Positions 40,316-49,547 of a stretch of DNA of 64,000 nucleotides are shown piece by piece. The translations under genes were made by a program, and so were the position numbers. Location: NCBI GenBank assembly GCA_964016885.1, contig OZ024742.1, positions 348,378,001 through 348,442,000 on the forward strand, in the 5' to 3' direction. The stretch comes from Eledone cirrhosa. Its lineage: Eukaryota. Each line of letters begins with the position of its first letter. The first letter of the stretch is position 1. A model generated the notes under the pieces. It was given only the letters and a program-made list of their open reading frames with translations, ran no database searches and was not told the DNA's origin.

Positions 40316-41430
40316 TTTTTCCTCCTATTTTTCATGTACTATCAACTAATCCAATCTCCAAGATGCTTGAAACTGACTTCCCTCCCCACGAAAACGGCGG
40401 GGTGAGGTGGTTCCCCCTTCACCCGGATAACCCCCGCTTACTCGGAATTTTCTCTTTGATTCTATTTTCATGCGTTATCAGTGAATATGACTTCCAAACC
40501 AGTCAAAAACAACTAGCTTTGGAGAAAGAGGAGAGGGAGAGGGGGAAGAGTTTTGCAGATCTACACCCCACTCACATGTTGTGGGACTTAATCATTTTCG
40601 GTATATTTCCTTTGCTATTAATTTCCTATGCTATTTCCTGTGCTATTTCCTGTACTATTTCCTGTGCTATTTCCTGTGCTATTAATTAATCTGACCTCCT
40701 AAATGCTTCCAATCAACTTATTTCCCTGGGTTAGGTTTAGGGTTGGGGTAATGTTTAGGGTTTAGTTTTAGGGTTGCGGTAAAGTTTAGGGTCTAGTTTT
40801 AGGGTTGGGGTAAAGTTTAGGGTCTAGTTTTAGGGTTGGGGTAAAGTTTAGGGTTTAGTTTTAGGTTTGGGGTAAAGTTTAGGGTTTACTTTTAGGTTTG
40901 GGGTAAAGTTTAGGGTTTACTTTTAGGGTTGGAGTAATGTTTAGGGTTTAGTTTTATGGTTGGAGTATAGTTTAGAGTTTAGTTTAAGGGTTGGGGTTAA
41001 GTTTATATTTATATTTAGCTTGGTTTGGTTTAGATTTAGAGTTTAGGGTTGGGACTAGATTTAATTTTATGTTTAATTTAGTTTTAGTTTCGAAATCCCA
41101 GAAAAAAAAAATTGATTCAGAGCAACTAAAAGGTCAGATTAGTTGATAGCACTCAAAAGAAGACCGAAGAAAAATCATTAGGGTATATATCTACAAAACG
41201 ACAATGGTTTTTCCACATGCTTTACCCCTCCTTTTTCCTAGAACAACTAATCATTTCCAACTGATTTGGAGGTCATATTCGTTGATAACATACGAAAAAT
41301 CTAAAGAGAAAACTCTGGGGTTAAATGAGAGAAGTGCATCCACCTAAGTTTTCCATGAAGAGAGAGTCAATAACAAACATCTTGGAGTTCGGATTAGTTG
41401 ATAACACATGATAAAAAGATGAGGAAAAAA
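40316..41430. mobile_element. Foldback-type element: imperfect 330-410-bp inverted arms around a TTAGGG-like core
   Basis: Left tttttcctcc..catgtactatcaactaatcc..ctccaagatg matches the reverse complement of catcttggag..ggattagttgataacacatg..gaggaaaaaa; the core (40728-41090) has a 31-bp period. Confidence 0.7.
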
Positions 41431-41855
41431 TGTTGGGTGTTATGTGGTGTGGAGTAGTGTGGTGTGTTATTATGTGGAGTGGAGCAGTGTGGTGTGTTTT
41501 TATGTGGTATGATGTAGTGAGGTGTGGTGTTATGTGGTGTGGAGTAGTGTGGTGTGATGTAGTGAGGTGTGGTGTGTTGTGGTGTTATGTGGTGTCGAAT
41601 AGTGTGGTGTGTTCTTATGTGGATTAGTGTGGTGTGATGTAGTGAGGGGTTGTGTTGTGTTCGTATGTGGTGTGGAGTAGTGTGGTGTGATGTAGTGAGG
41701 AGTGGTGTGTTGTGTTGTGGTGTGATGTGGTGTGGAGTAGTGTGGTGTGGTGAAGTGTGGTGTGATGTGGCACGGTGCAGTGTGATGTGGTGTGGTGCGG
41801 TGCGGTGCAGTGTGGTGTTGTGCAATGCGGTGTGGTGCAGTGCGGTGCGGTGAGG
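41431..41855. repeat. Pentamer (GTGTG-type) repeats
   Basis: Direct reading of the sequence. Confidence 0.9.
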
Positions 41856-42961
41856 TTCTTCATATTTCTCTTTCTCTTCTTCATCTTTGTATTCATCTTC
41901 TTTGTTTTGTCTTCCATCTAAACAAAAAAAATATATATATAAAACATATATGTAGCCAATCTCTCAGATTTTTACAAAGCTCCAAGGAGATACATTTAAT
42001 ATAAGTGGTGTGTTCCTGAACAGAGATACTACAAAATAGCTTAAAAGCTATATATATATATATAAATAAATATACACGGGTGTGTATGATTGTGTATAGA
42101 AGATTATATTAATAAAAGGAATTCCAACTTTGTCTGATTTACTCGTTTTATTTACAATCCTTTAAAATTTATAATGGTATTAGAATGAAATAGTATGGTA
42201 GAGTGTTAAGTGTTAATTGAACAAGTACTTTCATGCTTTCGCAATCTTCAGGTTCATATTCTGTGGTGACAGTCAATTTGCAATTTTCAACTGTAATGAG
42301 ATGGGTAAATTTTGTGCCTCATATATAGTGAAAAGCGGCTACAGAATGCTACATTTTGCAAACTGTATTTCGACCAATCGGTGTGTAGTTTCACTGGATT
42401 ACTGAAGCTGATTGGTTTAGGCATCACGATTGGTTGAGCATGTCTAACGACTTCTATTTGGCCCTATTCAAAGCATCAATTGTTTTGCTATTTTTAGAAA
42501 TGATGTAAATAGCATTTTCTAGGATTTTTATACCCCTAAGAATTATTATTGTTCATCTATCCAGTCGTGAACCAACAAACCTAAATGAAACGTTCTGTTA
42601 AATGTTTTTCCATTCTTGAAAAAATTCTTTATAACTATTCGCTGGACATTCAATATCTACTTTGATTGTCGCATATAATACAGTTGCAGGTGTGTACGTG
42701 ATTGCTGTGGGTGTATTGTGCCCGTATGTATCACGCCTGCGCGAAACATGAGTGAGGGCAGCGAATACAGGTTGAGAGGGTGGCGACAGGGCGCGAATGG
42801 TTCAGTCATACAACCGCTTACCTCCTACAGTAGTAATTCTGATTTAAGAAACAACTTTGATTGGCAGGTAGCAAATGAAGGGAACCAAATATAGGACGGC
42901 CATGAGTGGCCAAAAATACCGATGACGTGTACAATTCTTGACCACTCATAGAATGACAACA

Positions 42962-43044
42962 ACAGGATCTAAGCTGTTTCATTCGTGAGAAATCATCAGG
43001 GGCTTCCTGATGATTTCTCACGAATGAAACAGTTCTAGTCCTGT
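42962..43044. ncRNA. Palindrome with hammerhead core motifs on both strands
   Basis: cCTGATGAtttctcacgaatGAAAc on + and on -; related minus-strand copy at 53670-53720; stems I and III unclear. Confidence 0.45.
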
Positions 43045-43067
43045 AGAAGTTTTATCATATTAAATAT

Positions 43068-43812
43068 CATCATCATCATCATCATTTAACGTCCATCTTC
43101 CACGCTTGCAAGGGTTTGGACGGGAATTTTCCCACTTGAGGCAAGATTGGTTGTCTTGCTCGTATAGGACTGTCTGGCGGGTTTTCTACGGCTGGACGCC
43201 CTTCCTAACACCAACCACGTTTACAGTGTGGACTGGGAGGTTTTTACCGTGTTACCTACACGGCCACATTACAGCGTGGACTGTGTTTTTTTGTCGTGAT
43301 ACCTACACGACCTCATTTGTTTCGGACTGAATGTTGTGGTACCAACATAACTTTACATTGAAAGGGTGGTGTGGATGGGGTGGGGTTAGTGGGACATTGT
43401 CCAGTGACATTGTCTTGGAGAGGTGTAAGTGTGTGAGGTCGGAATTTATCAAGTCGTCCCAGGTTTTTCTGGGTCTGCCTACTCCATGGCTACCGTCTAT
43501 TTTTATCGCCCTGCACTTTTTTATACAGCTGTCGTCTTGCATGCGCATCACGTGACCATACCAACGTAGTCTTCTCTCGAGTAAACAACATCTGATCCCT
43601 CTTATTCCTAATTTCTCCCTTAGTTCGTTTATGCTTTGCCATTCACGTATATTACTATTACACATGCAGCGGAGCATGCAAGCTTCGTTCCTCTCCAGTT
43701 TGCGTATATCCTCTGCACACAATGCCCAGGTCTCACTGCCATCATACAGCCTGCCTTTCATTTTTAGAGAGAACCCTTTAGCAGCCAATAGTGGTATAAG
43801 CTCTCTGAACTT
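43068..43812 (-). mobile_element. RTE LINE 3' part
   Basis: KFRELIPLL...RLRWYGHV; (GAT)n tail. Confidence 0.9.
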
Positions 43813-43832
43813 TATATATATATAAATATATA

Positions 43833-44026
43833 ACAAAGAAGGTGTGGTAAGATATCAAGTGGACCATAACGCACCAGAGTACTCGATACTTTGGGTAGTA
43901 GAGTGGTTAATAGGGAAAAGAGTCAGGAACCCGACAGCTGAGCTCCTGCTGTTTCGACAGCGAGATCAGTTCGGACCTAGCTGTCGAAATGGCTGCAGCT
44001 CAGCCGTCAGGTTCCTGACTCTTTTC

Positions 44027-44027
<1 letters not shown>
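43833..44027. mobile_element. Palindromic element (family shared with 59242-59435)
   Basis: Inverted arms at 43914-44027 plus an ~80-bp unpaired tail containing gagtactc. Confidence 0.6.
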
Positions 44028-44069
<42 letters not shown>

Positions 44070-44073
<4 letters not shown>

Positions 44074-44690
44074 AATTCCTGAAAGTTAACTTGTTGAAGG
44101 CTGCTGATGAAATTTGTGGCTGGAGCAGACAGTTAGGTAGGAGGAGAGTGACATGGTGGTGGAACAGTAAGGTGGAGGGGTCCACCAAGGAAAAAAGGAG
44201 ACTTGGAAAGAATGGCAGGATGGAGGTAGTAGAGAACTCCCAGATAGTAAACCAAGTAATACGGAATGGGGTTATACCAAATGACTAGTGTAGCATTATC
44301 ATCGTCAAATGTTACAAGGGCAAAGGAAACGCCCTGGATAGAGGAAACTATAGGGGCATTAAGTTAGTTGACCAGGTCATGAAAGTCACAGAAAGAGTTC
44401 TTACTCAACTGATTAGAGACTGAATTGATCTAGATGAAATGCAGTTTGGGTTTGTGCAGGTAAAAGCACTATGGATGTTCTTTTCTTTTCTTTGTACGGC
44501 TACTACAGAAGAAGAACCTTGCTGAAAGTAAACCCCTTTTGTTGACTTGGACAGAGTCTCACGCACCTTAATCTGGTAGGCTCTTAGAAAACTAGGAGTA
44601 GATGAATAGCTTGTGAGAGTTATACAAGCCACGTATAGAGGAACAGTCAGCAAGGTTAGAATTAACAATGAATATAGTGAAGAATTTAGC
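44070..44690 (+). mobile_element. RTE LINE internal fragment (opposite orientation to 43068-43812)
   Basis: LLKAADEICGWS..WWWNS, CYKGKGNALDRGNYRGIKL and INNEYSEEFS. Confidence 0.85.
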
Positions 44691-44961
44691 TACATCAATC
44701 ATGTTCGGTGAATCCATACGTACATATATATGTGTGTGCATATATGTATATATACATACTACTGTACGTCTGTATACATATATGTATGTACGTGTACATA
44801 CTTATATTTAAGTAACAGCCGTACTAAGAGTGGGAAATGAAATTTCGTTTCATTTTTTCCGTTTATCGTTTTCGGTGCACCCGGCCGATTAACCCACTCG
44901 ATATGCAGATTGGGCTACTCAGCCGTTAATATGCATAAGGTAAGTATATACATTCAACAAT

Positions 44962-45030
44962 CTGGCAGGAAGGTATACGTTGCTGATGATAGCTAATAAG
45001 CTTGAAACTAGTACAGCGTTCCTTTGTCAG
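44962..45030 (+). ncRNA. Type I hammerhead ribozyme, copy 1
   Basis: acgttg-CTGATGA-t-agct-aata-agct-t-GAAA-ctag-TA|cagcgt. Helix III is the palindrome ACTAGT with a GUA cleavage triplet; stem I extends (ctggc/agga with tcct/gtcag) around an aggtat bulge. Confidence 0.85.
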
Positions 45031-45381
45031 TGTTGATCAAACGAGCAACGATGGTTGCTGGATACTACGGCTTAATACGGGATGTTTGTTTACAAACACA
45101 CCGAACATTATAATAAATGTTCGGTGAATCCATGCGTACATATATATATGTGTGCATGTATGTATATATATATACATACTACTGTACGTCTATATACATA
45201 TATGTATGTACGTGTACATACTTATATTTAAGTAACAGCCGTACTAAGAGTGGGAAATGAAATTTCGTTTCATTTTTTCCGTTTATCGTTTTCGTTGCAC
45301 CCGGCCGATTAACCCACTCGATATGCAAATTGGGCTACTCAGCCGTTAATATGCATAAGGTAAGTATATACGTTCAACAAT

Positions 45382-45450
45382 CTGGCAGGAAGGTATACGT
45401 TGCTGATGATAGCTAATAAGCTTGAAACTAGTACAGCGTTCCTTTGTCAG
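45382..45450 (+). ncRNA. Type I hammerhead ribozyme, copy 2
   Basis: Identical to copy 1. Confidence 0.85.
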
Positions 45451-45627
45451 TGTTGATCAAACGAGCAATGATGGTTGCTGGACACTACGGCTTAATACGG
45501 GATGTTTGTTTACTAACACACCGAGCATTATAATAAATGTTCGGTGAATCCATACGTACATATATATATATGTGTGCATGTATGTATATATATATACATA
45601 CTACTGTACGTCTGTATACATATATGT

Positions 45628-46721
45628 ACCAGTAAGAAAAATGCGTACAGCAAAAATAAGTAATATTGTTGGAATATAAACCTTTAAAAATACAGGACAA
45701 GAAACTAAAATAAAACTTTAAAAGAATAGGACAAGAAACTAAAATAAAACTTTAAAAGAATAGGAAAGAAACTAAGATAAAACTTTAAAGAATTGGACAA
45801 GAAATAAAAAATTTTACAATAATATTAGTGGCAAAATTTTTATTGGTAAAAAATCGAGTTCCACATTCATAGGCTCTGGGTTCCCCATTCAGAAGTCGTC
45901 GTCAGACTGGGGGGATCATTTGATCCTGGTTTGAACACCAATTGGGCCATAACCATACCCCTATTTCATCATTCGGCGACACGCCTCATGTGTCATGCAT
46001 AATGTGAATGGACCCATGGGCCCATGAGCACAGATCTTGAGCAGCAGCGGACGGTCTTGTCGTCCCGCTCATCCTTGATCTTGACCAACCCGTCCATCTT
46101 CTCCTTGCATCTTGTCCTTGAGTTCAAGTCCGGCAGTCCAGATGAATGCGTGCCACAGCTTTCTGGTACAGGAAGGGGGAGCAGGAGGACTGGAGGGATG
46201 ACGGGACAGAGGGAGGGAGGACCGGTGGTTGAGGGATGTGCCGTAGTCGGTGGTCAGAGTCGACATCTTGTCCCGGTCGTCTTCTCCATCTTCGTCTGGT
46301 GTTGCGGGACCAGAAGTGCATTCTTGGAGGAGACCTGCAGCTGCATCGGCCAATTCTTCTTGCAATGGTCATTCTGACGGAGCAGAACTGCTCAGCCAAC
46401 CAACCCCAACCAGAACCAACCGCCCAGGGGCAACGCACAATGAGAGCATGACAATTATTATGCACTAATCAAGAAGATACTGGGGCATAGCACAGGAAAC
46501 GAATAAAAAAAATTTGCCACTAATATTATTGTAAAACTTTTTATTTCTTGTCCAATTCTGTAAAGTTTTATCTTAGTTTCTTGTCCTATTCTTTTAAAGT
46601 TTTATCTTAGTTTCTTGTCCTATTCTTTTAAAGTTTTATTTTAGTTTCTTGTCCTGTATTTTTAAAGGTTTATATTCCAACAATATTACTTATTTTTGCT
46701 GTACGCATTTTTCTATCTGGT
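45628..46721. mobile_element. Foldback/TIR element: ~217-bp inverted arms with 34-bp internal tandem repeats around a GC-rich core
   Basis: accagtaagaaaaatgcgtacagc... and ...gctgtacgcatttttctatctggt; no clear TSD. Confidence 0.8.
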
Positions 46722-46994
46722 CTACTATTTTTTAATGCAATGCAAGCAACAGCTATCTAATAATTAAATGATCATAGTGAATTACTGACAAGTGATTGAC
46801 ATTTTAAAGTTCTTTTGAGTATAATTGCAATCTAGTTGATGCAACTGGCTTAATGACAAAGCTAGTAAATCATGAATGCATTTGAGATGATTAGTGCATA
46901 ATAGTGAATTGGTGAAACTTGTGCATTTCAATGGTGTTACAACAATAGATGTAAGTTATATAGTAGTAATACTTTATCATTTTAACTTTTTAGA

Positions 46995-47354
46995 ATGGAC
47001 AAAAACCCATGCAAAGAAATGACTTTGACTGCAGTGATTCTCTCCAATTTACTTACAAAGCAAAACGTGGTCAAATACCTTATCATCTCTGATAAAATGC
47101 CCATTGAATCACTGAAAATCGGATGCATGGAATTCCTCATAAAATGCACCTATGAATCGGAAGCCATCACATATATCAATGGATATAGGGAGTTGTTCAC
47201 ACTGGAAGACGATCACTTCATTTGTGACTTCATCAGTTATCTCCACGATTATCTCAGACACCCAATGCCATTGATGAGAGGTGATCCAATGTGTGAGCAT
47301 GTAACTAATCTTATAGAAGTTGTTATCGATCACCTGGCTTTTAGTGACATTTGA
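46995..47354 (+). CDS. 119-aa ORF with a BACK/BTB-C-terminal-like helical motif
   Basis: LTKQNVVKYLIISDKMPIESLKIGCMEFL resembles the L.veNv..ll.lAd.y....Lk..cl.fi pattern; acceptor ttttAG at 46992-46993 and possible donor GTAAGT at 46951. Confidence 0.5.
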   Translation: MDKNPCKEMTLTAVILSNLLTKQNVVKYLIISDKMPIESLKIGCMEFLIKCTYESEAITYINGYRELFTLEDDHFICDFISYLHDYLRHPMPLMRGDPMCEHVTNLIEVVIDHLAFSDI

Positions 47355-47534
47355 CTGATTTGACTGATAATGATGTATTTTTAAAAAGTATGTGTACATT
47401 CTTGTTACTATTTTAAGGCAATGCAAGCAACAACTATTTAATAAAATTTAAATTTAAAAATGACCATTGTGCATTACTAGTATGATGACATTTTATTAAA
47501 TCACAAAATTAGTCAGTCAGCCATAGAACAAGGA

Positions 47535-48333
47535 TCAGGTGGCAAAAACATTGGCAAAAATTTGTGTCAATTTAAGATTTCCAACATTGTTCAAAGGAAT
47601 CATATCTGGTTTGAAGTCAGATTTGTCAAATTTTGACCAATTTTCAATGTTGTGAAGATTGGGCAAGTTCAATTTTTGAATCATTTCTTTCATGCAGTAA
47701 TTAAACTTTTTCAAACGAGAATTTCTCTTGCCCAAGTCATTTTTATTTTCAATTACACTTTGTGGACGTGGAATGACACCACTGTAGAAAATGGGTGTAC
47801 AGTGGTGCTTTTCCGCTATTTTCTGTAGCTTTGCAAAGAGACTCTTCCCCTGTTTTTCCGGTTTTGTGCCTCAACTGGGCACTTTGTCCTTAATTTACAA
47901 ATAAATGATTAATAAAAAATACTTGGGCAAAAATTATTGTATTACTTTGCACAGCTTTGTAGTGCCAACGGTGCGTCGAGGATTCAGATCATTAGAGCCG
48001 ACATGAACCACCAATACTTTCACAAAAGGACAACAGATAACAATGTTGGCGATTAACATTACCTGGCCATGACAGGCCCCAGGTATACAAAATATCTAAG
48101 TATTTTTGTTGGTATGATAAGTAAATACATTTGAATTATTAATATTTTTATACCTTCTGGTCATTCGATTTCGCCACATTTCTAATTATGGATTTGTAAA
48201 AACTGGCATGAATGTGAATTTGATCAGTCCAATTGCCCGATTTTAGTGAAAAGTTTTGATTCGAAATGGAAATACTCCATTTCCGTGCCATGGAAAAAAT
48301 GAATAAGCCGATCAAAAAGCCGCGAAACATCAT
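47535..48333 (-). pseudogene. Three-exon SGNH/GDSL hydrolase-like pseudogene (exons 48154-48333, 47946-48095, 47535-47888)
   Basis: Two GT-AG phase-0 introns (58 and 57 nt) join block I-like SIIRNV, block II IPGA, block III VVHVGSND, IFYSGVIPRP and block V-like DMIPLNNVGNLKL. In-frame TGA at 47871-47873; catalytic His reads Pro. Confidence 0.75.
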
Positions 48334-48544
48334 TTTTAATTAAGCGAAATTAGTGGATGCAAATCTCAGAAAATATTGTACACTATTCGCACCTATCGCA
48401 CTATTCGCACCTATCGGTACAAAAAATCGCACGACTGTTAATAATACTAGAAGTGCAAACTATCTGTTGAATACCTGTACGATCGGTCGGCGATAGGTCT
48501 TGAAAAAGAATGAAGAATGAAGTGAAATTTTGGTCTGGTTGTTG

Positions 48545-48690
48545 TCATCGGTGTTTCGCAGAGGTGCCGGCACGAACAAAGGTGTCAGTGACACAAAGTT
48601 GTCCGCTTGAACAAAGGTGTCGGTCCGACAAAGGTGTCAGTCAGACAGTGTCACAGTCGGTGCGACAAAGCGATCGATGCGATTAAAAAA
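48545..48690. repeat. Short degenerate tandem motifs (acaaaggtgtc)
   Basis: About 5 related motifs, resembling transposon subterminal repeats. Confidence 0.5.
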
Positions 48691-49227
48691 AATTTAACTC
48701 ACATGTTTACCTATATTTTCGCAAACTATTGATAGATTGGTACAAAAAATAGCTTTGATAATAAACATAAATTTAAGTATTTAAATTAAAGTATTTATAA
48801 AGCATTTTAGCAGTGAAAAGAGAAGTAATGTTTCACACTGACGCAAGTAGGGCCGTTCAGAAATGATGTAGTCAATTAGGAGGAGGGGATTCGGCGATTT
48901 GACTACATTTGACTAACGTAATCACAATCACAAGAGTTCCGCCGAAAAAAATTCGTCATTTCTGGATTACCTCCCCTAGCGTCACGCTTACTACTCACTC
49001 ACTTGAACACAAGATTTATCAGCAAACTTTGATTATAAACTTTTTCCCGCTGGACCAAATTTCTAGATTTTTAAGCCAAAAGATGTGTAATGATCTACTG
49101 TTCATGCTCATATAAGTTTTATCTCAGTTAAATAAAGTAGAGCCGCGCTGTACTGTCGTAAACAGACGATTGCCAACGAAAACACGACCACAACAATATT
49201 ACTAAACGGACTACCGTCCGTTTAGGA

Positions 49228-49293
49228 TGTACGTATGGATTCACCGAACATTTATCATAATGCTCGGTGTGTTTGTAAACAAACATCCCGTAT
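49228..49293 (-). repeat. Inverted partial copy of the hammerhead-bearing 420-bp unit
   Basis: Reverse complement of aatacgggatgtttgtttacaaacacaccgagcatt...gttcggtgaatccatacgtac. Confidence 0.9.
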
Positions 49294-49532
49294 TTCACAT
49301 TGCTCAAGTTTACTCAGCTGTAGAAATGAGATGATAGAGACTAGGGTCCATATCATTCCACTGCAAAGTGTTCGTGGAGGTGCCACGGCAAAAAATCCCC
49401 CAGCACTCACTGTAAATGAGGTTGGTGTTAGGAAGGACATCCAGCTGTAGAAATCAAGCCAGAATCAGTTCCCGTCCCACCCTTGCTAGCACGGAAAAGC
49501 GGACGTAAAATGAAATGAAATGAATGAAATGA
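49294..49532 (+). mobile_element. 5'-truncated CORE-type SINE
   Basis: Matches the family. Confidence 0.85.
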
Positions 49533-49547
49533 TATATATATATATAT

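Larger units (their letters stand above)
44701..45627 (+). repeat. ~420-bp tandem repeat (2.2 units) carrying hammerhead ribozymes; retrozyme or Penelope-pLTR like
   Basis: Near-identical units; the ribozyme-bearing parts are offset by exactly 420. Confidence 0.9.

Noticed and set aside
40728-41090. True telomere
   Set aside because: Internal, degenerate, and with a 31-bp period.
45930-46080. PHD finger or Harbinger 'CVMHN' motif in the foldback core
   Set aside because: Needs several frameshifts or conflicting strands; not supportable without a profile search.
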